Origin: a virus
Strand: one strand, 5' to 3'
Length of the DNA: 64,000 bases
Virus record (IMG/VR): IMGVR_UViG_3300046007_008124
Coordinates: 28,078-92,077 of that record
Shown here one piece after another: positions 30,497 through 40,520 of the stretch. A model generated the notes under the pieces. The model was not told the origin of the DNA and did not search any database. It worked only from the letters and a program-made list of their open reading frames with translations. The translations under genes and the position numbers were made by a program. Positions within the stretch are counted from its first letter, which is position 1; each line of letters begins with the position of its first letter.

Positions 30497-33313
30497 ATGA
30501 TTACAGCAGAAGAAATTAAATCGTTTCTAGAAGGAAACGACCCTGAAGAACACATTGTGGCAATTGAATTTGATTATCAAAAAGACCACATCTATAAAAT
30601 AAAAGAAGTTCCAGGAAAAGGAAAATCAATCGTAAGAGACAATCTAATTGCATTTGCTTGGGTTGGTGACCTAAGAGGTCTTAATTTCTATCAAGGATCA
30701 AAGGCGTTACAAAAAGAAGCAATGTCAAAATATGGTATTGTTATTGAGAAATTAAGAACTGATGGAAATGAACAGTTAGAAAATGGTTTAACATTCCTAG
30801 TTAAATCACTAAAAGGGTATAGAGCTCTTTCACAATTTTTCCGTGACGGTGGGATAGATCCTTGGGGTGAAAAAGTAAAAGACAAATTCTTAATGCTTAC
30901 ACCGGTAGAACAATTCCTAATCTCAAAAGAGAAAAGACTATTTAAGGGTTTTGAAGATTACAATGATATTACAAGGCTTGTATTTGACCTTGAGACGACC
31001 TCTTTAGAACCTAAAGATGGTCGTATATTTATGATTGGAATTAAAACAAATAAAGGTTATAGAAAAGTAATTGAGTGTACAAACGATGATGAGGAAAGAA
31101 GAGGCATTGTTGAATTCTTTAAAATTATAGACGAAATAAAACCTTCAATAGTATCTGGTTATAACTCGGCAAACTTTGACTGGTACTGGATTTATGAAAG
31201 ATGTAAAATCTTAAATCTAGATATTAAAAAAGTTGCAAAGTCACTTCACGGTGAAAGATCAATAACACAAAAAGAATCAATATTAAAATTAGGAAACGAA
31301 GTTGAAAGTTTTACCCAAACTCAAATGTGGGGTTATAACATTATTGATATTATCCATTCAGTTCGTAGAGCCCAAGCAATTAACTCATCAATAAAAGAAG
31401 CGGGTCTTAAATACATTACAAAATTTATTGATGCTGAAGCCAGTGACCGAGTATATATCGATCACGACAAAATTGGATCAATGTATAGAGAAAAGAATTT
31501 GTACTGGTTAAACATTGAGAATGGTAAGTATAAAAAAGTTGGTGTTGACGAAAAAATAGATGAGGTATGTTCAAGAAGAACTGATATCTATATTCAAACA
31601 ACCGGTGATGATATTGTTGAGCGTTATCTTGACGATGACTTAGAAGAAACCCTACTTGTTGACGAAGAGTTTAACCAAGGGTCGTTTCTTCTTGCATCAC
31701 TTCTTCCAACGACATATGAAAGAGTTTCAACAATGGGAACAGCAACAATCTGGAAACTTGTAATGCTTGCTTGGTCCTATAAGAATGGTCTTGCAATTCC
31801 AGCAAAAAAAGAAAAAAGAAACTTTGTTGGTGGATTATCAAGATTACTTAAAACCGGTTATTCAAAAGATGTATTAAAACTTGACTACTCATCACTATAC
31901 CCATCAATTCAATTAACACACGATGTTTTTCCGGATTCAGATATTACTGGAGTAATGAAAGGTTTATTATCTTATTTTAGGGATACTCGTATTTTGTATA
32001 AGAATTTATCGGCCGAATGGAAAACAAAAGATAAGAAAATTTCACAAAAATATGATAATTTCCAATTACCGGTAAAAATCTTTATCAACTCACTTTTTGG
32101 TGCTTTATCCGCTCCACAAGTTTTTCCTTGGGGGGATATGGACAGAGGTGAAATGATAACCTGTACTGGGAGACAATACCTTCGTATTATGATTGATTTT
32201 TTCACTAAAAGAGGGTATTCAAGTTTGGTTTGTGATACAGATGGTGTCAATTTCTCATTACCAGAAGGTGGTGTTGATGATAGAAAATACGTTGGTAAGG
32301 GATTAAATTGGTTGGTTAAAGAAGGAAAAGAATATATTGGGTATGACGCAGATGTTGCCGAATTTAATGACCTATATATGCGTGGTGTCGCAGGGCTTGA
32401 TTGCGATGGGACGTGGAAATCTTGTATAAATCTAGCTCGTAAAAACTATGCAACATTAGAACATAATGGTAAAGTTAAATTAACAGGTAACTCAATTAAA
32501 TCTAAAAAAATGCCAAAATATATTGAGGTATTTTTAGATAAAGCAATTAAATTACTTCTTAATGGTGATGGACAAGGTTTTGTTGAGTGGTATTATGAAT
32601 ACCTACAAAGAATATTCGACCAAAAAATCCCCCTTATTGATATAGCAAACAAAGCAAAGGTTAAGCAAACAGTTGATGATTATATTAAACGAAGTAAGAC
32701 AACAACTAAAGCTGGGTCTTTAATGTCAAGACAGGCACATATGGAACTTGTAATTAAAGAAAATTTAAATGTTAGTCTTGGTGATATAATCTATTATGTT
32801 AATAATGGCGTGAAAGCATCACACGGTGATGTACAAAAAGTTAATAAACCAAAAAAAGGGTGGAATGAAGAACAATTAAACACCTTCTTTTCAAATACAA
32901 AAATAAATCCAGATACTATAGAATCAGTAATTCAACTTAATTGTTATAGAATTAACCCACAAGAATTAGAGAGTAACCCAGGATTAACCGGCGAATATAA
33001 TATTCAAAGAGCAATTGCAACTTTTAATAAGAGAGTGGAACCACTACTTGTTTGTTTTAAAGAAGAAGTTAGAGACGGATTATTAGTTAAAAACCCAGAA
33101 GAACGACCTTTCTTCACTAAAGATCAGTGTGAACTAATAAATGGTGTTCCGTTTGAGGAGGAGGATCAAGATAAGTTAGAAGATGTTATGGCAATATCGG
33201 ATGAGGAAGTTGTGTTTTGGGAAAAGGTTAATATTTCTCCTTATCATATGTATAAAAATATTGATGAAAATACTGAAAAATTTTATGATAAAAGTAGAAC
33301 TTTTACTATTTAA
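30497..33313 (+). CDS. polB: Family B DNA polymerase with 3'-5' exonuclease
   Basis: Exo I FDLETT, Exo II YNSANFD, motif A LDYSSLYPS, motif B KIFINSLFG, motif C CDTDG, KNYA. Confidence 0.95.
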   Translation: MITAEEIKSFLEGNDPEEHIVAIEFDYQKDHIYKIKEVPGKGKSIVRDNLIAFAWVGDLRGLNFYQGSKALQKEAMSKYGIVIEKLRTDGNEQLENGLTFLVKSLKGYRALSQFFRDGGIDPWGEKVKDKFLMLTPVEQFLISKEKRLFKGFEDYNDITRLVFDLETTSLEPKDGRIFMIGIKTNKGYRKVIECTNDDEERRGIVEFFKIIDEIKPSIVSGYNSANFDWYWIYERCKILNLDIKKVAKSLHGERSITQKESILKLGNEVESFTQTQMWGYNIIDIIHSVRRAQAINSSIKEAGLKYITKFIDAEASDRVYIDHDKIGSMYREKNLYWLNIENGKYKKVGVDEKIDEVCSRRTDIYIQTTGDDIVERYLDDDLEETLLVDEEFNQGSFLLASLLPTTYERVSTMGTATIWKLVMLAWSYKNGLAIPAKKEKRNFVGGLSRLLKTGYSKDVLKLDYSSLYPSIQLTHDVFPDSDITGVMKGLLSYFRDTRILYKNLSAEWKTKDKKISQKYDNFQLPVKIFINSLFGALSAPQVFPWGDMDRGEMITCTGRQYLRIMIDFFTKRGYSSLVCDTDGVNFSLPEGGVDDRKYVGKGLNWLVKEGKEYIGYDADVAEFNDLYMRGVAGLDCDGTWKSCINLARKNYATLEHNGKVKLTGNSIKSKKMPKYIEVFLDKAIKLLLNGDGQGFVEWYYEYLQRIFDQKIPLIDIANKAKVKQTVDDYIKRSKTTTKAGSLMSRQAHMELVIKENLNVSLGDIIYYVNNGVKASHGDVQKVNKPKKGWNEEQLNTFFSNTKINPDTIESVIQLNCYRINPQELESNPGLTGEYNIQRAIATFNKRVEPLLVCFKEEVRDGLLVKNPEERPFFTKDQCELINGVPFEEEDQDKLEDVMAISDEEVVFWEKVNISPYHMYKNIDENTEKFYDKSRTFTI

Positions 33314-33328
33314 TAGATATTTATAGAT

Positions 33329-33484
33329 ATGGGAAGACCAAAAAAAGAAGACCAAGATAAGAAAATTAAAATTGGTATTAGTTTGGATAGAAAACTTTTT
33401 AATCATATGATGAAAGATGGTGGTAAAGCTTCCCGTATAATAGAGAATATTATTAGGGAGTATTATGGAAACAAAAATTTGTAG
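33329..33484 (+). CDS. Small ribbon-helix-helix-like protein (51 aa, not in ORF track)
   Basis: Translated by hand: MGRPKKEDQDKKIKIGISLDRKLFNHMMKDGGKASRIIENIIREYYGNKNL. TATTTAT lies 4 nt upstream; the ORF overlaps the start of the HNH gene. Confidence 0.65.
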   Translation: MGRPKKEDQDKKIKIGISLDRKLFNHMMKDGGKASRIIENIIREYYGNKNL

Positions 33485-34115
33485 TAAATGTAAAGAAGAA
33501 AAAGAACTATGTTTATTTGGTATTTCTAAAGATGGTAAATATGGTCGTAAATCAATTTGTAATGCGTGTAGAAAAATAGAAAGTAAACAATATAGAGAGA
33601 ATAATAAGGAGAAAAGAAAAGAAACAATAAAAAAATATTATGAGAATAATAAAGAAAAGATTAAAGAAAAAACTATAATTAGGTTTTTAGAAAACCCAGA
33701 AAAAGTTAGGGGTGTTAAATTAAAATCGTATCATAAAAATAAAAACAAAGACGAAAAAATTGAGAGGAAAAGAGAATATCGTAGATATAGACGAAAAAAT
33801 GATGAGACATTTAAGATGTCGGAATATATTAGAAATAGAGTAAGACACTATATACGAATAAACAACATAACAAAAAAGAATAAAACTTTTGATATTGTCG
33901 GTTGTACTCCAGAATTTTTAAAAGAATACATAGAAAAACAATTTAAAGAAGGGATGTCTTGGGATAATTATGGTTTTTATGGGTGGCACATTGATCATAA
34001 AATACCATTATCTTCAGCTAAAACCGATGAAGAATTATATAAGTTGTGCCACTATTCAAACCTACAACCATTGTGGGCTAATGAAAATTTAAGTAAAGGT
34101 TCTAAAATCTTATGA
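33465..34115 (+). mobile_element. HNH homing endonuclease
   Basis: N-terminal CSKC...CNAC zinc finger; WHIDHKIPLS...HYSNLQPLWANENLSKG. Confidence 0.82.
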
Positions 34116-34481
34116 CATTTTAAGACCGTCACTAGAAATTATATACCAATTACCCTCAACAAATTGAAATTGAACACAGGCTCCTTTTTCTAAAAGAAGT
34201 TCATCCCATTCTTCATCAATTGAGCCGGTGTCTGATTTAATTAAAGTTTGTGTAAGAGATTTTACTGTAATCTTTTTTACAGTAGTAGAATTTAGTGTTA
34301 CTTCGGAATAGTCAATACCTCTAACAATTAAAATTGTTTCGTCATTTGTTTTATAATTAGATTCCGAAATTATTTTATGAATCTCAACCGGCTTTTCAAT
34401 AACGACTTTTGGTTCAACCACGGTTTGTGTCTGATACCTAACCACATTTTTTCTTTCTGTTGTGTTAACTCTATTAATCAT
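34110..34481 (-). CDS. Hypothetical structural protein
   Basis: Start overlaps the neck gene stop. Ends in a GNWYII domain like the C-terminus of the 26160 fibre. Confidence 0.55.
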   Translation of the reverse strand: MINRVNTTERKNVVRYQTQTVVEPKVVIEKPVEIHKIISESNYKTNDETILIVRGIDYSEVTLNSTTVKKITVKSLTQTLIKSDTGSIDEEWDELLLEKGACVQFQFVEGNWYIISSDGLKMS

Positions 34482-35602
34482 ATTACATATATTTGTCTTG
34501 GCATTGCTCGGAACTTTAAACCTTTATTTAAATTTTCAGCAATTTGAGCTTCCCTCTCCATAACTTTTTCTGGTTTCAATCTAGTAAGTCTTCCTTCAGC
34601 ACCAATAAGTTCTTCAATTAGTTTTGTCTTTTCATCTTTACCTTCTGTTGCTAAAGATTGCCATTCCATAGTAAGATCACCATCTGGTGTCTTTAAATTA
34701 CCACTAAACTTACCTCTAACTTTTGAGAGTACTTCTTTACAGTAAGCAATAAACCATCTTCTAACCCAGATTTGTGCTGGGTTATTTAAATCTTGCCAAC
34801 TAATTTTATCAAAAGGAACATCAGAAGGTAATTTGATAATATCTGGATTATCTTTTAAACATTTATCTCTATCTTCTGGTCCAACATCATAATACCAATA
34901 CCAAACTCTTCCTTTTGTTAAAGCGGTATTACCAAAGTCAAATTTACCACCTGGTGTATTCATTAAGTGAATTGCTTTTTTTCCGTCTGGTAATGCTGTA
35001 ATTCTGTATGTTAAATCACCTAGTATAATTCTTTTTTGTATGTTTATTTCTTGCATTCTCAATAAAGTATCAAAAGCTGGTGTTAAAAAATAACTACCTG
35101 CCATGTTACCCATTTGAGCGTATCCACCAACACCACCAAGACCACCACCACCAATACCACCAAACGACCAAGGATCAAATAAAAGATTATTCATTGTTGG
35201 TGGTGTAAACCACAACAATTCATTTATTTCTCTGTTTGCTGGAATTTCATAGATCTGTTGTCCTTTTTGTAATTGAATATAATCTTTTTTTAGAACGTAA
35301 TCACCACCAGCCTGTAAACCGACAATCTTTGAATAAGCATAAGTATATCTTGTTTCATAATCCAAACTTCTAGTTGTAAAAGCTTTAGATAAAGATTGTG
35401 TATCTAAATTCAAGTTATATAGATTAGTCCATTGAGACTCAATTAACCAATCCTGAACATACTGAGAATACTCATCAATAGAAAACTCTAAAAGAGTGTC
35501 CATTTGTTCATCCTCAAGTTCAACAGATCTTAATGGTGCACCAAGTAGATGTCTTATTTTTTTATAAAGATTACTTCTTTCTGGTTCATTAATTATTGAC
35601 AT
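34478..35602 (-). CDS. Neck protein (T4 gp13-like)
   Basis: LLGAPLRSVELEDEQMD resembles the gp13 N-terminal LGAP..VEL motif; WVRRW...LSKVRGKFSG...PDG near the C-terminus. Confidence 0.7.
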   Translation of the reverse strand: MSIINEPERSNLYKKIRHLLGAPLRSVELEDEQMDTLLEFSIDEYSQYVQDWLIESQWTNLYNLNLDTQSLSKAFTTRSLDYETRYTYAYSKIVGLQAGGDYVLKKDYIQLQKGQQIYEIPANREINELLWFTPPTMNNLLFDPWSFGGIGGGGLGGVGGYAQMGNMAGSYFLTPAFDTLLRMQEINIQKRIILGDLTYRITALPDGKKAIHLMNTPGGKFDFGNTALTKGRVWYWYYDVGPEDRDKCLKDNPDIIKLPSDVPFDKISWQDLNNPAQIWVRRWFIAYCKEVLSKVRGKFSGNLKTPDGDLTMEWQSLATEGKDEKTKLIEELIGAEGRLTRLKPEKVMEREAQIAENLNKGLKFRAMPRQIYVI

Positions 35603-35624
35603 AATGATTGTTTCTATATAAATA

Positions 35625-37724
35625 TCACAATCGTCGATTTAAAATTCTTCCAATATCTAATTTAAAACTATTATTTTTTGATAAATTTTTAATAACGTCT
35701 TGTGGGATATTATCACCAAATTTACTAACACCATATTTTTCACCAAATAAATTCAATAAATTTAGAGTTTGTTTCGTTGTTTCATCACCAATTAAAAATT
35801 CTTCATATTCTTCTGGTTTTATTATTGGAAATTGTATTTTTCCTTTTAAAATTGGTACATCTGGATTATTTAATTTTAAAATTTTTGTTGAAAATCTTAT
35901 TTGTTGTGACCCTTTTATTTTTGGTTGAACTGTCATACCTGGGACCTTTAAAAGGTTTTTTAAAGAATTTTTATCATAATAAAATAATAAAAGTTCAAAG
36001 TTATTATTTGGTACTCCAAGTAACATCCCATCAATATCTTCCAATAAATGATCAATTAAATCTTCAGCAATATTTTTAATGTCTTGGTTTGGGTTGTTAA
36101 TTAAATTTTTTATTAAATTTGATTCATTTGATAATGTAATTAATGTATTTTTATTTTCCTCACTACCATTATATTTTTCTATATAGTTATAAACAGAACC
36201 TTTTATATTTTTTAAAACCGGAGATTCATTAAGATTTCTAACTATTTTACAAGAAATTTTTAAACCGTCTGATGATATAATATCATAAGGAGTACTAAGA
36301 CCTGTTGATAACGAACCATTAAGTAAACCAGAAATTAAAGCTTCAAAATCTAAACCCCTTGATTTACTTTTAATAAATCTATCATAATAATTATTAAATC
36401 TAAATCTTGATCTTTCGGATGTTTTTGATAAATCTAAAGTCATAAGACCACTAATTTTTCTATTAAAATTTAAACCTCTATCAATTTCAGCCGTTATAAT
36501 ATTATTTATTGCTTTATCTGCGGCTTCAGCATCTAATGGAATCAATCTAATTTTTTGTAATTCTCTGGACATCACTTTTTTCATATCCATATCAATAACT
36601 TCTGTCATTTCTCTTAATAAATTTTCTTCTTTGTTTTTTATTTTTGACAGATATAATTTGTTTACAAATTCCCAATTAACACAATCCCAAAAGTTTTTAA
36701 TGTACTCATCTCTTTTATTTTTGTATCTTAAATAATATGCGTGTTCCCAAACATCAAGACCAAGTAATGGATAACCACCATCTTTTATTATATTCATTAA
36801 TGGATTATCTTGATTTGGTGTTGACATAATTTTTAAACGATTTGATTTTGTTAAAACTAACCAAGCCCAACCAGAACCAAATCTATCTTTAGCAACCTCA
36901 TTAAATTCATCTTTTAATTTTTTTATATTACCATATTGTTTTATAATTTTTTGATAAATTTCTCCAGACGGTTTTTGTTTTTTCGGTGAAAGCATCTTCC
37001 AGAATAATGCGTGATTAAATGCACCACCAGCATTGTTTCTAATTTTTTCATCGTATCTACTAATAGATTTTATAATATCTTCTAATTCAACATCACCGTA
37101 TTTTTTCTTTGATAATGCGTCGTTTAATTTTTTAACATATCCTTTGTAATGTTTATTATAATGAACATCCATTGTTTCTGGATCGACAAATTGTTTTATT
37201 GCAGAATAAGCATACGGCAATTTTTCAATACCGATTTTTTTCATTTCATTAATAAATTCTTCTCTTAATACTTTTTTTTCCTCAATTAAAATTTGTTCAT
37301 TAAGTAGTTTTATATTATTTACTAATTTTTCTGTCGATTCAAATACCAATTTATTATAATTTGGGTAATCATTTTCAAACATTTTTACTAACCTACCAGC
37401 AAAAGCGTTTGCCTCATCTTCATTTTGACCACCAATATCAGGACCTCTCTCTCTACCCAAAACGAATCTTTGGTGTGCGTGAACCCACTCATGGGCTAAG
37501 GTTCTCATTATATCCCTATTTAAACGATTTTTTGATAATACTTTAATTTCACCATTTAAATTTTGACTACCGGTTGACATTACTCCATTTTTTTTACCAA
37601 GAAAATAAATTTTTAATTCATTTGGTACTGGATAATGCTGGTTTATAAATCTGATAAAATCATTATACATTTTTTTATCTTCTGACGTAAGACCAGAATC
37701 AATATGTTTTACTGTTACTTTCAT
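35625..37724 (-). CDS. sodA: Fusion: HExxH metallopeptidase-like + Fe/Mn superoxide dismutase + PD-(D/E)xK-like domain
   Basis: TLAHEWVH...EDEANAFAG; SOD motifs HYNKHYKGYV, NNAGGAFNHALFW, FGSGWAWL, NQD, LDVWEHAYYL; C-terminal GLDFEAL...YDII...ISCK. Confidence 0.8.
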   Translation of the reverse strand: MKVTVKHIDSGLTSEDKKMYNDFIRFINQHYPVPNELKIYFLGKKNGVMSTGSQNLNGEIKVLSKNRLNRDIMRTLAHEWVHAHQRFVLGRERGPDIGGQNEDEANAFAGRLVKMFENDYPNYNKLVFESTEKLVNNIKLLNEQILIEEKKVLREEFINEMKKIGIEKLPYAYSAIKQFVDPETMDVHYNKHYKGYVKKLNDALSKKKYGDVELEDIIKSISRYDEKIRNNAGGAFNHALFWKMLSPKKQKPSGEIYQKIIKQYGNIKKLKDEFNEVAKDRFGSGWAWLVLTKSNRLKIMSTPNQDNPLMNIIKDGGYPLLGLDVWEHAYYLRYKNKRDEYIKNFWDCVNWEFVNKLYLSKIKNKEENLLREMTEVIDMDMKKVMSRELQKIRLIPLDAEAADKAINNIITAEIDRGLNFNRKISGLMTLDLSKTSERSRFRFNNYYDRFIKSKSRGLDFEALISGLLNGSLSTGLSTPYDIISSDGLKISCKIVRNLNESPVLKNIKGSVYNYIEKYNGSEENKNTLITLSNESNLIKNLINNPNQDIKNIAEDLIDHLLEDIDGMLLGVPNNNFELLLFYYDKNSLKNLLKVPGMTVQPKIKGSQQIRFSTKILKLNNPDVPILKGKIQFPIIKPEEYEEFLIGDETTKQTLNLLNLFGEKYGVSKFGDNIPQDVIKNLSKNNSFKLDIGRILNRRL

Positions 37725-37753
37725 TAATAATAAATATTAAATAGTCCTAAAAA

Positions 37754-39541
37754 CTATTTTCTTTTATTAATTAGATTAAGGATTTCTTCCACAACATCAA
37801 CTGATTCGGAAACCTCATCACCCATAACGGTACCAATGATTTTCTTTTTGGTATTTAATATATCATAAATAACACCCTCAATTGTGTTTTCAAAGATTGG
37901 GTAATATACAAGAACGTTATTTTTTTGTCCATATCTGTAAGCTCTATCTTCTGCTTGTGCGTGTTCTGCTGGAACAAAAGATAAATCATTCATAATTACA
38001 ACTTCAGCTGAAGTTAATGTAAGACCAACACCGGCGGCTTTTAAGTTCCCAACAAATACTTTTATTTTTTCATTATCTTGAAATTGGTCAACAGCATATT
38101 GTCTTTGGACTTTATTACAACTACCGTCCAAATAAACAGATTGTTTCCCAAAGTGATTGTGAATAAGTTGTAGTGTATCTGTAAAATTTGTAAAAATAAT
38201 AACTTTCTTTCCTTGTTCGATAATATTTTCGGCAAACTCAATTGTTTGTTTTACTTTTTCATTTGCAATTACTTTTCTTACCTTCATTAATTTTGAAAAC
38301 TGAACGGTAAGTGATGATGATTCTTCTTTTTTATTTTCTAACCACTCGTAGTATTCACCCATCAAATCCTTATATTCTTTTGATGAGGTTCTTAAATAAA
38401 CTGGTGTAATAATTTTATCTGGTAAATCTAAAACATCTTCTTTTAATCTACGAAGAATTTGACCTGATGTTCGGTCCCTTAATTCTTCTAGGTTTGAAGC
38501 TCCAGTTACATTCCACACTTTTCTATTTCCAGCTCTAAATTGATAACCTTGACAATAGCGAATTGCATAAGCCATCCAGTTTTGAGCAACAGGACTTTCA
38601 ATTATGTTTAAAAGATTATAATAATTCATTGGACGAGATGTCATTGGTGTTCCGGTTAACAACCAAACTCTTTTAATATCTTTAACAAAATTATTTATGA
38701 TTTTTGTTCTTTGAGCTTGAGCGTTTGAAATCATATGGGCCTCATCTAATATTACTAACTCAAATCCGGATTTTACAAGTAATGAATTTTCTTTATCCTT
38801 TTGGTCGTGAAAGTTTTTTAATATATCATAATTTACAATAACAAAATCGTGTTCAGTTGAAAATTTTTTACCTTCTGCAATATATACGGTTCTATCTGAA
38901 TAATTTGCAATTTCTCTTTCCCAATTTATTTTAAGTGATGCCGGACAAATAATTAAAATCTTTTTTGCTCCGGTCTCAAGTGCTGCAATAATTGTTGATG
39001 TCGTTTTACCAAGACCCATATCATCAGCTAATATAAATCTTTTTGAACCGACAAGTTTTTCAACAGCTTCTTTTTGATGTGTTAGTGGTGGGCGGTGATT
39101 GTATTTAGAATAATCAATCTCAACCTTCTCAACCGAATGTGTTTTAATTAAAGATGACTTTGGGACCCAAAATTCTGATAAATTATCTTTCTCAAAAAAT
39201 TTTCCCCAGATATGATACGACTTATCTTTCTCAACTAATAATTTTTCAATATATACTTTTTGTGGAATCTCAAGTAGATAACGTTCAGTTGCAAACTTTT
39301 TTGCAAAGTAAGTATCAAGAAAAACCCACTTACGTGCAACTTTTGGTTTTGTATCAAAATAGTTAACAATGTAGTCAGCTTGAGTTCTAGTAGGATAAAA
39401 CTTTTTGTTATTTTCCTTTTTGGATTTCATATATAGAATATAGTTGTTAGCCCCACTATATGAGTCTAACAATTCTAATGCCTTTTGTTCTATTATTTGT
39501 TTTTGAAGTTCCAAAATTATAGTTATATATAAAAATAACAA
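37754..39541 (-). CDS. SNF2-family helicase/ATPase (start codon uncertain, possibly a TTG about 27 nt downstream)
   Basis: LADDMGLGKT, LDEAH, LTGTP, GVGLTLTSA, QAEDRAYRYGQ. Confidence 0.9.
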   Translation of the reverse strand: MLFLYITIILELQKQIIEQKALELLDSYSGANNYILYMKSKKENNKKFYPTRTQADYIVNYFDTKPKVARKWVFLDTYFAKKFATERYLLEIPQKVYIEKLLVEKDKSYHIWGKFFEKDNLSEFWVPKSSLIKTHSVEKVEIDYSKYNHRPPLTHQKEAVEKLVGSKRFILADDMGLGKTTSTIIAALETGAKKILIICPASLKINWEREIANYSDRTVYIAEGKKFSTEHDFVIVNYDILKNFHDQKDKENSLLVKSGFELVILDEAHMISNAQAQRTKIINNFVKDIKRVWLLTGTPMTSRPMNYYNLLNIIESPVAQNWMAYAIRYCQGYQFRAGNRKVWNVTGASNLEELRDRTSGQILRRLKEDVLDLPDKIITPVYLRTSSKEYKDLMGEYYEWLENKKEESSSLTVQFSKLMKVRKVIANEKVKQTIEFAENIIEQGKKVIIFTNFTDTLQLIHNHFGKQSVYLDGSCNKVQRQYAVDQFQDNEKIKVFVGNLKAAGVGLTLTSAEVVIMNDLSFVPAEHAQAEDRAYRYGQKNNVLVYYPIFENTIEGVIYDILNTKKKIIGTVMGDEVSESVDVVEEILNLINKRK

Positions 39542-39632
39542 TAAAAAGAATATTTATCAATAAAAGTGATTTTTAAATAAAAAAGTTGTTTTTTTTTTAT
39601 ATTAATATATTTATTAATAAAATATAAAAATT

Positions 39633-39905
39633 ATGAAAAGAATAGTTAGATTAACAGAATCAGATCTTGCAAGAATTGTGAGAAGAGTAATTAATGAACA
39701 AGCATCAGGTTTTGCAGCTACGACACCTGGAGTAGAAATTGCTTTTCAACTACCAGGTATGAATAATTTATATTATGATTGTAAATCTGGAAAAGTATTT
39801 GACGCATCTAGTAATGACGTTTCAGATAGAGCAACATTATCATCAGGTGATAGAGCAACGCTAACCAAATGGTGTACACATAAAGGAACCGGACCTGTAA
39901 AATAA
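39633..39905 (+). CDS. Small protein with RLTESDLxRIVxRVINE N-terminal motif (putative internal head protein)
   Basis: Motif recognised from large myovirus proteins; has its own TATTTAT (39608-39614) and terminator. Confidence 0.6.
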   Translation: MKRIVRLTESDLARIVRRVINEQASGFAATTPGVEIAFQLPGMNNLYYDCKSGKVFDASSNDVSDRATLSSGDRATLTKWCTHKGTGPVK

Positions 39906-39941
39906 TAAAAAATTATTAAAAGAATATAATTTACCAAAATC

Positions 39942-39968
39942 ACCCCAATCTAAAGTTGGGGTTTTTTT
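39942..39968 (+). terminator. Intrinsic terminator
   Basis: ACCCCAA-TCTAAAG-TTGGGGT plus T-tract. Confidence 0.8.
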
Positions 39969-40005
39969 ATAAAATAATCATCTGAATATTTATCAATAAA
40001 AGAAT

Positions 40006-40518
40006 ATGCAAAACAGAGTTCCAATAACACGACTTGGTAAATTTTTTGGTGATAGTGACTTTAAACTTGAGATTGAGATGGGTCAAGAGTGGTTAATTGG
40101 TGATATGAACTACACTTGTGTTTTATATCGTGTTGATAGATATAAAACCAAAACAGATGATGTTTATGGTGAAGCGGTATCAGATGGTATTAAGTTTTTA
40201 CCACCAGTTGAGTTTAACGCTTATGTTGCAATTGCGGCACCAGAAAATAAATTTCTTGGGTCGACAAAAATGGATCAAGCAGAACCTGGAAATATCACAA
40301 TGTCAGTTTATTTAAAAACACTAGAAGATTTAAAAATTGATATAGAATTTGGTGATTATGTTGGTTATTATGATACGGAATCTTTTGTTAGATATTATAC
40401 AGTTGTAAATGACGGACGTGTAACTTCAGATATAAAACATACATACAAAGGTTTCAAACCATTTTATAGAACAATAATTGCTGCTCCTGTTGGACCTAAC
40501 GAATTTAAAGGATTATAA
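40006..40518 (+). CDS. Neck/head-closure protein (T4 gp14-like)
   Basis: DDVYGEA...KF motif and position upstream of the tail genes. Confidence 0.55.
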   Translation: MQNRVPITRLGKFFGDSDFKLEIEMGQEWLIGDMNYTCVLYRVDRYKTKTDDVYGEAVSDGIKFLPPVEFNAYVAIAAPENKFLGSTKMDQAEPGNITMSVYLKTLEDLKIDIEFGDYVGYYDTESFVRYYTVVNDGRVTSDIKHTYKGFKPFYRTIIAAPVGPNEFKGL

Positions 40519-40520
40519 AA

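Larger units (their letters stand above)
39548..40002 (+). repeat. 19-bp perfect direct repeat GAATATTTATCAATAAAAG at 39548-39566 and 39984-40002, flanking one gene and its terminator
   Basis: Both copies read directly from the sequence. Confidence 0.85.

Noticed and set aside
30497-33313. Intein or intron in the DNA polymerase
   Set aside because: Motifs are normally spaced, with no recognisable intein termini or LAGLIDADG block.
35608-37546. Plus-strand ORFs at 35608, 35777 and 37361
   Set aside because: They are antisense to the SOD fusion gene and have no recognisable motifs.
1-39541. Eukaryotic or giant-virus origin, suggested by GT60, papain, SNF2, PolB and mucin-like tracts
   Set aside because: Sheath, tube and baseplate genes, overlapping operons and intrinsic terminators indicate a bacteriophage.
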